Virus record (IMG/VR): IMGVR_UViG_3300008120_000036
Reading direction: 5' to 3' (one strand)
Origin: an uncultured virus (IMG/VR IMGVR_UViG_3300008120_000036)
Taxonomy: Duplodnaviria > Heunggongvirae > Uroviricota > Caudoviricetes
Length of the DNA: 64,000 nt
Program-made: the position numbers and the translations under genes
The notes under the pieces: model-generated
Databases searched by the model: none
The model's input: only the letters and a program-made list of their open reading frames with translations
What the model was told of the DNA's origin: nothing
Shown here: piece after piece, positions 35,946 through 46,515 of the stretch
Numbering within the stretch: position 1 is the stretch's first letter
Layout: every line of letters begins with the position of its first letter

Positions 35946-38289
35946 GGACTAATTCCTTTTTGCGAGTTGAGGCTTTTGGTCGCTTAACAATATCCCATTC
36001 AATCCAGCAACGGCAGTTTGCAGTTTCCTCAATAGGTGCTGTTGGGTCACCTGGATACATCAAATATGAGTTGCCAAGACGGAACTTTTTGCCACCTTCT
36101 CGCACCTGTCCAGATGCCTTCCAGTGTGATGGGCGAGTACGCTCATCCTTAATAGTTATCCACTTACGCTTTACGAACCGACCACATTGGTTTAGAACTG
36201 AGTTACGCGCACCTTCAACTACCGCAGTAGTTACTGCTGTAGATAGACCACGCTTCCAAGATGAACGGCTACCAATACGCTTACGAACCTCACGCTTAAT
36301 TTCTTCAAGTGATGCACCATCAGCATCAAGTGCTGTAATAATTTCAATAACTTTTTCTGATTGGCGTACAGCAGACTCACGAATCATATCTTTAGCAACT
36401 GATATTGGATATCCGATAACTGATTCTTCAGCAAGTTCCCCACCACCAGTAATTCTATCTAATGCAGAGCGACCAGAAGCATTACCTTCGCCAGCAGATA
36501 GCATTGCATCAACAACACCAGACTTTTGTAATTCGCGTGCTACGCGTTGTGCATGGCGTTTAGCAATTGGTTTTAGAACATCATCAAGGTCATTGAGTAA
36601 TTCATCTGCCCATTTATTGATATCAACTATGTATGAACCGCGTAATGCTTTAGTTCCAGAACCTTCACCTTCCCAGTGACGAGTTCCTTGTCTTGTCTTT
36701 GCACTACCAATTCTTTCAAGCACTGCGCGTTCTTGACGGCGTGACCAAGCAGAAATAATTGCTGCTATCTCGGCTTCAGTGCTAGTTCTGTCGCCTTCGT
36801 ATGGGTGTGACTTTGCCTTCACTTCCATTGGCGACTCCGACTTGGTTTCTGTCAGAGTCGCTTGTACTAAAGGGTCTTCAGGCATCACCGACTTTCCTGC
36901 AATTGCCAACGCTCTTGCAGCCTGAATATTAGCGATTTCTCTTTGTGCTTCTGAAATTCCTTGTATTGCACCAGCGCGTGCAGATTCTGCATTACCTGGA
37001 ATTGGTGCTCCCATTCCAACTTGCTGCAATGCTTGTGCTTCGTTAGTAGTATTTGGGTCAAGACCAACAGGAATTTTTCCAGTAGGTAGCCAGAGTACTT
37101 TTGTACCTGCAACATTAAATTCTTCACGACCAACCATTTTTAGATATTGGTCAATAGTTAGCAAACCTGCGTTATATTCAGAGAGTGCTTTGTCATGTCT
37201 TTCGCGTGAACGGCGTTGTAAAACATCAATCTTGCTGTAATCATGCGCTACAAAATAGTTATCATTAAGACCACCAACAGTTAAATTATCAAATCCTGCT
37301 GCAAGAGCATCCATAAATGGAAGCATTGTAGTAGTCCAGAAAATTTCAAATTCAGCATCAGCGTTGTCAAATGTACGACCTGCTGCGTTACCTAGAACAG
37401 ACTCAGGTACACCGAAAGCAAGAAGGATATCTGCCTTAGAACCTGCAATTGCTTCAAGATACATAGCATCTCTTGGGCTTGTGCTCATATCTTGTACATC
37501 AATACCGTCAGATTCAATTACTGTAGTAGAACCAGCAGAAAGTGGTCCGCCAGAAAATCTACGGCGAATCTCTTCTGCATCTTCACGACTTAATTGCCCA
37601 CGAACACCAACAAGCATTCCTGGTCTTCCATCATTACTGAGGAAGTTACGATTAAATAAACGCGCTAAGAAATCTGTATCAGCAGCAAGACCAGCAGCAA
37701 CTAATGGAGTTGTTTGTGCATATGGGTCTGTTGGATGTGGCTTAACGCGAATCCAAATAACTTTTTCTGGTGGAAGAATAACTTCGCCTTGTGTTGCACT
37801 TTTAACTGAATATCCTGAAACATATTTTTCAGCATCAGCAATTGGCTTAACTGCTGTTGGAGGCAATAAATGCAATTCAGCAGGGCGACCATCACGACTA
37901 GATACAATTTCAATAAATGCACCTACACGCGACATTAATAATTGTGTTGCAAGGCGATAACGGAATTGCTGAGATGTTTCATATTTATTTGGTCTGCGAT
38001 TAAGTAGTTTATGTATTGCAGGGTCTGGAATAATACTTCCATCCACATCATCAAACTCACGAACTACCATTGGTACTGAAGATGCGTTAGATGCAATAGC
38101 ATCAATGCAACGATATACCCAGATTACTCTTTCATATCCTTGGCTAATTGCTTGTTCAATATCCCAAGCACCATAACCATTATGTACTAGGTTATATCCA
38201 CCGCCATTAATACGATTTGCAACAGCACGAGGAGTTGCGTTAACTGAGGATAGCCCTTTAGTAAACAAACCTTCTAAGAATTTAGGCAC
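35938..38289 (-). CDS. Portal protein fused to a MuF (gp7-like) minor head domain
   Basis: WVYRCIDAIA, LLNRRPN, AFGVPESVLG portal motifs; C-terminal KWITIKDERTRPSH...YPGDP...NCRC. Confidence 0.9.
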   Translation of the reverse strand: MPKFLEGLFTKGLSSVNATPRAVANRINGGGYNLVHNGYGAWDIEQAISQGYERVIWVYRCIDAIASNASSVPMVVREFDDVDGSIIPDPAIHKLLNRRPNKYETSQQFRYRLATQLLMSRVGAFIEIVSSRDGRPAELHLLPPTAVKPIADAEKYVSGYSVKSATQGEVILPPEKVIWIRVKPHPTDPYAQTTPLVAAGLAADTDFLARLFNRNFLSNDGRPGMLVGVRGQLSREDAEEIRRRFSGGPLSAGSTTVIESDGIDVQDMSTSPRDAMYLEAIAGSKADILLAFGVPESVLGNAAGRTFDNADAEFEIFWTTTMLPFMDALAAGFDNLTVGGLNDNYFVAHDYSKIDVLQRRSRERHDKALSEYNAGLLTIDQYLKMVGREEFNVAGTKVLWLPTGKIPVGLDPNTTNEAQALQQVGMGAPIPGNAESARAGAIQGISEAQREIANIQAARALAIAGKSVMPEDPLVQATLTETKSESPMEVKAKSHPYEGDRTSTEAEIAAIISAWSRRQERAVLERIGSAKTRQGTRHWEGEGSGTKALRGSYIVDINKWADELLNDLDDVLKPIAKRHAQRVARELQKSGVVDAMLSAGEGNASGRSALDRITGGGELAEESVIGYPISVAKDMIRESAVRQSEKVIEIITALDADGASLEEIKREVRKRIGSRSSWKRGLSTAVTTAVVEGARNSVLNQCGRFVKRKWITIKDERTRPSHWKASGQVREGGKKFRLGNSYLMYPGDPTAPIEETANCRCWIEWDIVKRPKASTRKKELVHD

Positions 38290-38299
38290 AGCACGCTCC

Positions 38300-38515
38300 T
38301 CATGTAGTTAGACCCAATAAAACACCTAGTACTAACAATATTAATCCAAAGACGATTAATCCTGCTGGTACTGACCAGAGCAAACTTACTCCTACAGTGA
38401 CAAGTATCGCGCCTATCATCAATAAAAGCACGGCGACAAGCGCAGGTGTACTAGAAATTGCGAACAAAGCCGAATTTTTATTTTTACTATCCGTAGCCAT
38501 TAATCCTCTTTTCAA
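38300..38515 (-). CDS. Small two-TM protein between terminase and portal
   Basis: Hydrophobic, with PAGLIVFG motif; start uncertain. Confidence 0.6.
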   Translation of the reverse strand: MKRGLMATDSKNKNSALFAISSTPALVAVLLLMIGAILVTVGVSLLWSVPAGLIVFGLILLVLGVLLGLTT

Positions 38516-39961
38516 TCACACGATAATTCTAGCGCGTTTTCCGAACGCAATGTTATGGAATGCCCCACTCACTGCATCTACTTGGTCATCATGTGCGCCA
38601 TTTGGAAATAAAGATATTTCATCTAAGAAATCTTTATTCCAAGGTGCGCTCACAACATAGACATTACCTGCTTCGGCAGCAGAAGATACTGGCATTGCCC
38701 TAGTAACTTTTGAACCTGTAGGTCTATCTCCTGAGAAATCAAATCCCAATAAGATATTTCTACGATAGTGGTCAATAGTTGCTAATCCAGACGAACCACC
38801 TTCTTGCTCAATCATAATCTTAGTTTCAATACCATCTTCCATAGCAGTTTGGCGAACTAACCTTTCAACATTTTGTGGTGTGAGCCTAACACGCTTTATG
38901 TCTGCTATAACCCATTTTCCATCTGGTGTTAATCCAACTTTTGCGCCAACTGTCCAGTCACCATCAACAGTCGCTGCCATATCCCAGTATCTGAGGTATT
39001 TGGCTTCTACAGGGGCTTCAGGAAGTACATTAAACCAATGGCGTTGGAACATAGTGCCTTCAGCAGTTACATCCCAGTCGCCGTGTAAGAGCCTTTCACG
39101 GTCTAATACGCCTAGGTGGGAAAGATTCTTAACATATGAGTCTTGGTCTAGAGATGGGTTGTCTGTAAGGCTTGCAGGCACGAAAATAGACCCTTTACGC
39201 CGAGTCTTAGGGTCAATGAAGTGTTCTCTAACCCAAGTATGTCCAATGCCACCTGGATTTGTTGCAGCACGCATTCTTAGGGGAACATCAAATAGAGTCA
39301 TTCCGTCTTTAGCAGCACTATATTGAGCCAAAACTTTTGGGTCTGGATACATTCGGTCACATTTAACTTCTGATTTTGAATGCTTATATTGATTACCGAC
39401 TTTCTTAACAGAAGTTTTGCAAGTTAAACAAGATACGGATGGTCGGCGAATACGAGAGAACATATATTCATAAGTTTCTTGTTGAAATTGGGTTAACTCA
39501 TCAAAACCAATGAATTGAAATTCAGCAGATTGATAGCGATATTTGTCTTTGTCATATTGCAAGTATCCGAAAGTAAGTTTTGCTCCAGAAGGGAATACCC
39601 AGATACGCCCACCATCTTTAGGCTGTGCATCAGTTTCATCTAACCACTGGCGAGTTCTATCCATAATTGCACCAGGTAACATGAGGTCGGGCCATGTACG
39701 GCGTAATAGCAATGCGGAGTATCCAGGAACATCAACATATTGTAGTGCAGCCATTAAAAGTGCATCAGATTTACCACCACCTGCTGCACCACCATAAAGT
39801 GCCTCTTCTTCATTAAGTGTTAAGAAGAATTGTTGCGTAGGGTGTGGAATGTGCTTGATATATTGTTCAACAACGCGTGGCATAGCCATACGAATTAACT
39901 TAGAGCGTTGGTCTTCGTCTAAGTTTGTCGCGTTTTTCTTTAGTTCATCCAGTGTTTTCAT
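38516..39961 (-). CDS. terL: Terminase large subunit
   Basis: YGGAAGGGKS, IGFDELTQF, ATNPGG, WDMA, HDDQVDA. Confidence 0.96.
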   Translation of the reverse strand: MKTLDELKKNATNLDEDQRSKLIRMAMPRVVEQYIKHIPHPTQQFFLTLNEEEALYGGAAGGGKSDALLMAALQYVDVPGYSALLLRRTWPDLMLPGAIMDRTRQWLDETDAQPKDGGRIWVFPSGAKLTFGYLQYDKDKYRYQSAEFQFIGFDELTQFQQETYEYMFSRIRRPSVSCLTCKTSVKKVGNQYKHSKSEVKCDRMYPDPKVLAQYSAAKDGMTLFDVPLRMRAATNPGGIGHTWVREHFIDPKTRRKGSIFVPASLTDNPSLDQDSYVKNLSHLGVLDRERLLHGDWDVTAEGTMFQRHWFNVLPEAPVEAKYLRYWDMAATVDGDWTVGAKVGLTPDGKWVIADIKRVRLTPQNVERLVRQTAMEDGIETKIMIEQEGGSSGLATIDHYRRNILLGFDFSGDRPTGSKVTRAMPVSSAAEAGNVYVVSAPWNKDFLDEISLFPNGAHDDQVDAVSGAFHNIAFGKRARIIV

Positions 39962-39996
39962 TGATACCCATTTCGTTGATGATAAAAGTTACTGGA

Positions 39997-40926
39997 CTAC
40001 GCTCCCATCATCATAAAGATATCTTGTAATCCTGCACCTGCTGAAGCAGCAGTACCCCATTCAACTCCAGTTCCAGTTGATTTTAATACCTGACCGCTAG
40101 TTCCAGTACCACCACCAGCAGTTAAAGTTCCAGTCAATACAGCAGAAGAAAGAGTTTTATTTGTAAGTGTTTGTGAATCACTTGTACCTACAACAGTTCC
40201 AGTAGGTACTGCTTTTTGTGCAGCAGAACCATCAATATTTCCAGAAGCATTTGAGAGAACAAAACTAGATGCTGCAACTCCAGAAATCGTATTGTCGTCA
40301 GTACTGATTGTCTTATTAGTTAAAGTTTGTGAGCCAGTTTCAGTTACATATCCAGTTAGCGAAGGTATATCGCTAGTAAAAGCAACAGTTCCGCTTGCAT
40401 CCTTGAATGTTATTGTTCTATCGGCAGTAGGGTCAACTACAGTAAGAGTTGTTTCAAACGCATCAGCAGTAGTACCTTCAAAAACAACTTGATTGTTTAC
40501 ATTAACTGCTGTGCTATTAATTGTTGTAGTTGTTCCATTTACAGTTAAGTCGCCTGACAAAGTAAGACTTGTACCAGATATCGCTCCAGTAAAAGTTGCT
40601 CCTGATAATGGTGCGTATGAAGATAAATCTGAAGTTAATGCAACAGTTCCAGTTGCATCAGGAAGAGTAATAGTCCTATCTGCGGTTGGGTCAGTTACTT
40701 GAAGTGTAGTTTCGTATGAATCAGCAGTAGCACCTTCAAATATGATATTGGTATCAAATTGGTTTCCACCTGCTGCATATTGCAATGAGTTCCAAGCAGT
40801 TGAACCATTACCAATTTTGATTTTGAATGTATCACTTTCAAATCCAATTTCACCAGCAGCAAGTGTTGGGTTGGCTGAAGTCCATTGTGAGGCAGTACCT
40901 CGTCTGACTTGAATTGTTGCTGACAT
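39997..40926 (-). CDS. Fibre protein (Mtd/hyaluronidase-like N-terminus)
   Basis: IQVRRGTASQWTSANPTLAAGEIGFESDT.KIKIGNG; FEG.TAD..ETTL...DPTADRTIT and QTLTNKT repeats. Confidence 0.75.
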   Translation of the reverse strand: MSATIQVRRGTASQWTSANPTLAAGEIGFESDTFKIKIGNGSTAWNSLQYAAGGNQFDTNIIFEGATADSYETTLQVTDPTADRTITLPDATGTVALTSDLSSYAPLSGATFTGAISGTSLTLSGDLTVNGTTTTINSTAVNVNNQVVFEGTTADAFETTLTVVDPTADRTITFKDASGTVAFTSDIPSLTGYVTETGSQTLTNKTISTDDNTISGVAASSFVLSNASGNIDGSAAQKAVPTGTVVGTSDSQTLTNKTLSSAVLTGTLTAGGGTGTSGQVLKSTGTGVEWGTAASAGAGLQDIFMMMGA

Positions 40927-41774
40927 TATGAAACTCCTCCGCCATCTACTAGTTCTGTAATCCTACCGCCAGTTATTTCTGCGTATTGGATTCTACTAGG
41001 CTCACTACCACCGTCAAGTGTAGTTGACCAATTATAGACTCCACCAGTGCTTGCTCCAGGAAGCCAAGTACTCGTAGTTGTGTCGTAAACAAGGGTATCA
41101 CCATCTGCTAAACCTGATAAGTTAACATCAAAGATATCTGATATTTTATTGCTTTGCCTCCACATACGGACAACAATCCGACCAGCAGTTGAATTACCTA
41201 TCTTAGTAACGATAGCAATAGCATCACTGGGATTAGGGGCTGTCGGATGAGTTGTGGTAAAAGTACCAGCAGTAGTAGGGCTGATATAAAGTAAATCACC
41301 TAAAGAAAAACTGGTTGTATCTACGCCTTTAATTTCACCAAGAATATTTACATAACCAGTTGAGGAATTAGCAATACTTTGAGCAGTTACACCAAGAAAT
41401 CTATGTGGGTCAATAGAACCATTTGCAATAGCAGGGGCAATTTGAATTGTATCTCCTACAGCACCTACTGCATAAACAGGAACACCTTTTGCAATTGTGC
41501 TACCGCTATCATTTTTGCAAATAAATCTAACTTCTTTGGCGTAGTTATCAATCCAGCCAGTTGCATAATCTGAGTCAGTTGTCTTAGCAAGGATTTGTCC
41601 TTCAAGTCCACCAGAAGGTAGAACAGCAGCACCACTGCCGAGTGCTACCCATGCAGAACCAGTAAATACACGAACTTCATTAGCATCAGTGTTGTAATAC
41701 ATCTCACCAGCACCGACACCAGAAGGATTAGTGGTGCGTTGTGTTAAGGCTACTACCGATACAAACTTCGCCAT
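40926..41774 (-). CDS. Fibre/decoration-type virion protein
   Basis: GEMYYNT, LPSGG.EGQILAK, KNDSGSTIAKGVPVY modules. Confidence 0.6.
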   Translation of the reverse strand: MAKFVSVVALTQRTTNPSGVGAGEMYYNTDANEVRVFTGSAWVALGSGAAVLPSGGLEGQILAKTTDSDYATGWIDNYAKEVRFICKNDSGSTIAKGVPVYAVGAVGDTIQIAPAIANGSIDPHRFLGVTAQSIANSSTGYVNILGEIKGVDTTSFSLGDLLYISPTTAGTFTTTHPTAPNPSDAIAIVTKIGNSTAGRIVVRMWRQSNKISDIFDVNLSGLADGDTLVYDTTTSTWLPGASTGGVYNWSTTLDGGSEPSRIQYAEITGGRITELVDGGGVS

Positions 41775-41796
41775 AGGTTTTCCTCTTTAGTTGTTA

Positions 41797-43587
41797 TTAG
41801 CCTACGACTACTACCTTATATGCGTTAGATGATGGAGCAGAAGCGAATGCAACAGTTACTGTATTATCAGTTGCGTGCTTAACATCAGCGAATACTACTT
41901 CATAATCGCTTGAATTCTTGTAAACAGTAACAATTACATCACGAGTACCAAGATTGTGTGTAACTGTATAACTAAGAGTACTACCATCACCAATTGCTTC
42001 TGAAAACTTAGTTGTAAATCCAAGGCTGCTCTTAGCACCAGAAGTAGTTGTTGCTCCAGTACCACCATTTGCTACTGCAAGTGTTCCAGTTACAGTTGAA
42101 GAACCAAGGTCAACAGAAGCATCAGCCATCTTGGATGAGGTAACTGAATCTGTTGCTAGTTGTGTATCAGTAATTCCACTATCAGCAACCTTAATTCCGC
42201 TTGCACTGATTGATATTGTTCCACCATCAGCCTGAGCAGAGATTGTATTGCCAGACTTTGTAAGACCATTACCAGCAGTAATTTGTCCTGCGCCAGTGAA
42301 CTGTTGGAATGTAAGTGCTGTGCTACCAATTGTGATTGGATTATCTGTTGTAAGAATCCAACCTGAGTTTTGGTTTGTAGTACCTTCTTCAACAAATGTG
42401 AATAAACCTGCTGTTACTTCAGCATTTCCATCAGCATCAGTTGCACGAGTAGGTGCTCCAGACTCATTAACTGTGTAAATACCGTTTTCAGTACCAGTAC
42501 TTTGGTTCTTAATAAGGATTCTATCGCCAGTAACAAGAGTTACACCATCAATTGTGCTTCCGTTAGCGAATGAAGTATTGAATGTTCCGTTTGTAGTAGT
42601 TGCAACGCGTACTGAAGCCTTAACATCAAGTCCGAGTCGTGCTGCATCTACATAAGCCTTTGTTGCAGCATCTTGTGCATCTACTGGGTCAGCAAGACTT
42701 GTAATCTTTTGGCTGTTAAGTGATAGTGAAGAAGTTGGTGCAGCAAAATCTGTTAGTTTGTTATTTGTTAGCGCAACTGTACCGCTTGCGTTTGGAAGAG
42801 TAATTGTACGGTCAGCAGTTGGGTCAGTTACATCAAGTGTTGTTTCATAATCATCTGCTGTTGCACCCTCAAATACGATTGAAGTTGGAACACTTACTGT
42901 TCCAGTAAATGAAGGATTATTAATTGGGGCTTTGTTATCCAATTGTGTTTGGATAGCAGAAGTAACACCATCTACATAGTTAAGTTCAGTAGTAGAAAGT
43001 GTTGCTCCGTCTAAAATATTTAATTCGGATGCACTTACTGTCGCACCATCAAGAATATTTAGTTCCGCAGTAGAGGCTGTAATACCATCAAGTACATTGA
43101 TTTCTAAATAATCGGCAGTAACACCATCAAGGATATTGAGTTCTGCTGCTGTGGAAGTAATAGCAGTGCCAGAAATCTGTAAAGTTGTAGCATTTACTTC
43201 TCCTGCTGCACCATAAACTACCGCTTTGCTATTTACAATCGTTCCTGCTATTGAACCATCTACTAAATTAAGTTCTGATGCTGTAGAGGTAACGCCATCA
43301 AGAATGTTAAGTTCAGCAGTACTTGAAGTTATTCCATCTAGGACATTAAGTTCCGCAGTGCTAAGGGTTGCGCCATCAAGTATATTGATTTCAGCAGCAT
43401 CAGCAGTTACTCCGTTAAGACCTACTGCTTCCCATACTGTTCCGTTATAGACACGGATTTCATTAGATACGGTGTTGTAATAAATTTGACCCGATACTGG
43501 GCTTGCAGGGTCAGAAGCAAGGTTTTGGATACGAGCGTTCTGTAACTCGTTCTTAACGAGGTCTAGATTTACTAAAAACTTACTCAT
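41797..43587 (-). CDS. Fibre protein with tandem T..ELNILDG repeats
   Basis: About 9 E[LI]N[IVLY][LV]DG repeats; DAATKAYVD; GDRILIKNQ..ENGIY; VTHNLGT. Confidence 0.75.
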   Translation of the reverse strand: MSKFLVNLDLVKNELQNARIQNLASDPASPVSGQIYYNTVSNEIRVYNGTVWEAVGLNGVTADAAEINILDGATLSTAELNVLDGITSSTAELNILDGVTSTASELNLVDGSIAGTIVNSKAVVYGAAGEVNATTLQISGTAITSTAAELNILDGVTADYLEINVLDGITASTAELNILDGATVSASELNILDGATLSTTELNYVDGVTSAIQTQLDNKAPINNPSFTGTVSVPTSIVFEGATADDYETTLDVTDPTADRTITLPNASGTVALTNNKLTDFAAPTSSLSLNSQKITSLADPVDAQDAATKAYVDAARLGLDVKASVRVATTTNGTFNTSFANGSTIDGVTLVTGDRILIKNQSTGTENGIYTVNESGAPTRATDADGNAEVTAGLFTFVEEGTTNQNSGWILTTDNPITIGSTALTFQQFTGAGQITAGNGLTKSGNTISAQADGGTISISASGIKVADSGITDTQLATDSVTSSKMADASVDLGSSTVTGTLAVANGGTGATTTSGAKSSLGFTTKFSEAIGDGSTLSYTVTHNLGTRDVIVTVYKNSSDYEVVFADVKHATDNTVTVAFASAPSSNAYKVVVVG

Positions 43588-43599
43588 GTAGAACTCCTC

Positions 43600-43989
43600 T
43601 TAGTTGAGATACGCCTTGCCCGAAAAAGGCGCACTGAAAGTCACAACTAGTGTATCGGTACTTGTGTATGTAACGCTCCCATAAACCTTCGTGTCTGCAC
43701 TGTCAACCACTGACACTGCTGGCTTCTTACCAAGATTATGAGTAATTGTCCAAGTTGCAGAAGGAACTGACTGTGTAAAAGTAAAAAATGAGTCTTCTCC
43801 AGCATCTCCTTTTGGTCCTTGCGGTCCAACTGGTCCTTGTACTCCTTGAATACCTTGCGGACCAGTTGCTCCTTGCGGACCTTGCAAGTTAGAGATAACA
43901 ATATTAGTTCGTGGTTCTTCATTTACGATTACATTAACTGCATTCGTAAGTTCTTGAATCACAATATAGGTTTGGTTACGCGTTGTCAT
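43600..43989 (-). CDS. Collagen-like repeat virion protein
   Basis: Gly-X-Y run GPQGATGPQGIQGVQGPVGPQGPKG; WTITHNLG domain. Confidence 0.75.
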   Translation of the reverse strand: MTTRNQTYIVIQELTNAVNVIVNEEPRTNIVISNLQGPQGATGPQGIQGVQGPVGPQGPKGDAGEDSFFTFTQSVPSATWTITHNLGKKPAVSVVDSADTKVYGSVTYTSTDTLVVTFSAPFSGKAYLN

Positions 43990-44333
43990 TAGTAAGTGAC
44001 TCCTCTATTCACAAGCAGTCTTCCTTCTAGTACACGATTTACTTCGCCACCACCTGATATAAGTTCAAGGTCATAAACATGGCGACCAACTGGGAGAACA
44101 TCTGTTTCAGAAGATGACATTGTGATTGTTACAGTTCCAGCAGTTCCACCTAAAGCAATTTTTCCATTACTTGTAGTCAAGGTTTTTAGAACAGCACCTG
44201 TAGATGAGTTCTTACGGATTTTCATTTCTGCGGTGTATCCAGTTAAGTTCCAAGGATTTTCATTTGTCTTAATAGTAAAAATAAGACGGAAGACAGAACC
44301 CTTATCTACTTCCATAGAGTATTTACCACTCAT
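43989..44333 (-). CDS. Small Ig-like/BppU-like virion protein
   Basis: WNLTGYTAEMKIR...YDLEL...RVLEG. Confidence 0.6.
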   Translation of the reverse strand: MSGKYSMEVDKGSVFRLIFTIKTNENPWNLTGYTAEMKIRKNSSTGAVLKTLTTSNGKIALGGTAGTVTITMSSSETDVLPVGRHVYDLELISGGGEVNRVLEGRLLVNRGVTY

Positions 44334-44553
44334 AATTGCTCCTTGAACCTAGAAATACCAATAACAGAACCCACGCTAACCCATTTTACGATTAAGAGTA
44401 TAACTTATGGTTTGGTGACTGGCTTATCTTCAGATATTTCATCTGAAGACCAAGCGGTATTCTGTTTTACAGTTGGTTTTTGACTACCCTGATTCTTTTG
44501 TATCGCCTCTTGAAGTTTCTTTACGACTTCTTCAAGGTTTTCTATCCGTTCGG

Positions 44554-44922
44554 TCAACGAACACCTTCCATTAGTAAATCTGCCAAGTCGTCTATTACAT
44601 AGGCTCTGGTCAATAAGTCTTGGCTTTCCTTGACCTTTTCCATATCGTTGGGATTAATGATATCCGCAATATTGCTACCTAATAAGTGCCATAAGTTTTT
44701 ATTTGCTTCAGCACCTAAGCGGAGAGATATTTCTAGAAGTTCTTCCGCTACAACAGCCAACGCAATATCAGCACATTCCAGTGGTGATAATCCATTGTTT
44801 TCGTGCATCTCAATGTACAACTGCTCGCCAATAGTAGTACGCAAGCGTTCGCGCATAGTCAATGCGTTATTCTCTTTCATAGTAGAAATGATAGCGTTAG
44901 AATTCAATGCCGACCCAAACAA
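44554..44922 (-). CDS. Hypothetical protein
   Basis: ORF on the operon strand; start uncertain. Confidence 0.5.
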   Translation of the reverse strand: MFGSALNSNAIISTMKENNALTMRERLRTTIGEQLYIEMHENNGLSPLECADIALAVVAEELLEISLRLGAEANKNLWHLLGSNIADIINPNDMEKVKESQDLLTRAYVIDDLADLLMEGVR

Positions 44923-45030
44923 ATATCAAGTCAATATCTAGAGAATATTTACTTATACTGAATCCAATAGCGAATCTTTTCCAGTTAATACCACACACAA
45001 ACCACCATTTGCCAAGTTTATGTTCGTAAC

Positions 45031-45228
45031 TCATTTATCAGTATCCATACTATGAATAATTTCAATAAATTCATCATCAGTTGTTTTTAGTTCTGTAGAT
45101 GCGAGTAGTTTTACATCACGCTTTGTTACATAACCACCCTTATCGTCTAGGGTTGTTTTTGCAGCATCCTCATCTTCTGCAAGGATTTGAATAACCATCT
45201 TAACTTCATATGTATAGCACTTTGTCAT
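45031..45228 (-). CDS. Hypothetical protein
   Basis: 65-aa ORF on the operon strand. Confidence 0.5.
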   Translation of the reverse strand: MTKCYTYEVKMVIQILAEDEDAAKTTLDDKGGYVTKRDVKLLASTELKTTDDEFIEIIHSMDTDK

Positions 45229-45391
45229 GATGCTAAAAATTCTATTAGTTGGTCAACGCGTACAACATTATGTCCATCAATGTTATGTGAATAATCTCCA
45301 GCAAATGCTTTGATTTCGCGGATAACTAAATCGCGTTCTTCCATCAGTCTAACTTCAAGCGTTTTAGGAATTTCCTTTTCTTCGCCCACTA

Positions 45392-45586
45392 TTACTCCTT
45401 TGGTCTAGGTTTACTATCTGTCACATAGAACCCTGATGCGTTAAAAGTTACAGCAGGGCTAGACCACAATCTAGTCATAATTGTTCCGCAAGGCAAGCAA
45501 GGGGGCGCACTAACTTCAGAGTGAATTGAATACTCCGCTTCAAACTGGGTACTGCACTTATCGCATCTAAACTCATATGTAGGCAT
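45392..45586 (-). CDS. FmdB-family zinc-ribbon protein
   Basis: MPTYEFRCDKC...CLPCG...FNASGFYVTD; start re-called. Confidence 0.8.
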   Translation of the reverse strand: MPTYEFRCDKCSTQFEAEYSIHSEVSAPPCLPCGTIMTRLWSSPAVTFNASGFYVTDSKPRPKE

Positions 45587-45750
45587 TAGATACTCCACCA
45601 TCCAACTTCTTTCCATGCAAGGGGATTATCTTTTAACCACTTTTTATGCATAGCGTTTTCCTTTACCCAATCTATCTCATGGGTTGGTCTATTACAGTTA
45701 GGGCATATTTCAGCACCCATGTTTTTATAGATATGCTCGCACTTGTTCAT
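45586..45750 (-). CDS. Small zinc-binding hypothetical protein
   Basis: MNKCEH...CPNC; start re-called to 45750. Confidence 0.5.
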   Translation of the reverse strand: MNKCEHIYKNMGAEICPNCNRPTHEIDWVKENAMHKKWLKDNPLAWKEVGWWSI

Positions 45751-45849
45751 AGTGAATTTACTATAGAGCCACGCGCCCACGAACGCCCCACGCGCCCCCA
45801 CGCGCTCGCGGTCAAAAACGCCGTCAGGCGGTCACACAGCCCCTAGCAC

Positions 45850-46068
45850 CTATTGGCAGGCACATTCTGTACAACAAGCCCCATTAGGGTCTGTATCGGG
45901 CATCTCTGGCTGATATTCGCCCTTTAGTACTTGGTTGGCTGCTTCATAGATGACTAGTTGATGCGTACCGTTGTATCGCCTAGCAAATTCTGATAACTCC
46001 TTGAAGATATGGATGCGGAATTCACCTTCAGGCACTAGTCCTGCGCTGGTCTTGATTTCAAATGTCAT
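45850..46068 (-). CDS. Hypothetical protein
   Basis: 72 aa with a Cys-rich tail. Confidence 0.5.
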   Translation of the reverse strand: MTFEIKTSAGLVPEGEFRIHIFKELSEFARRYNGTHQLVIYEAANQVLKGEYQPEMPDTDPNGACCTECACQ

Positions 46069-46301
46069 TACTCTGACTTATCTTCCTTCTTACCAGCGAA
46101 GTAGCCACCGATAATACCGATTAACCCCACGAGTGCGTTCTGTACCAAGGCGATAGCATCAGGATTTGTTCCCACCGCATCACCTGTTATGTTTTGTGCA
46201 TTGAGCATTGCCACATATTCACCGATAACGACTAAACCGATAAATCCCAAAATTCCCAGTGTAATAACCATCATTAGTTTATCTTTAATTTTCATTCCCA
46301 T
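46068..46301 (-). CDS. Two-TM membrane protein
   Basis: Two hydrophobic helices; LIGIIGGYFAG. Confidence 0.55.
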   Translation of the reverse strand: MGMKIKDKLMMVITLGILGFIGLVVIGEYVAMLNAQNITGDAVGTNPDAIALVQNALVGLIGIIGGYFAGKKEDKSE

Positions 46302-46515
46302 TCCTCCATTTCGTCTTCATCATCCTCAAAAGGTGTGAAGTTAGGATTATCGCTATGCACAGGGCCCCAATTAGGGTTAGGTAGTATGTCCGAGGTGAAT
46401 CCTATAGCCATTTTGTATCCTTCCGCAAACTGTTCATTTCTAAAGCCATGTCAACTGCATCATCAACACTGTATGAGTGTTCTTTAGTGCAACTACCGCA
46501 GTTTAGGCACATGAC

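Noticed and set aside
35960..37960. Long antisense ORFs (239 aa and 198 aa) and the many other plus-strand shadow ORFs
   Set aside because: Antisense to well-supported genes, without RBS or motifs; explained by codon bias
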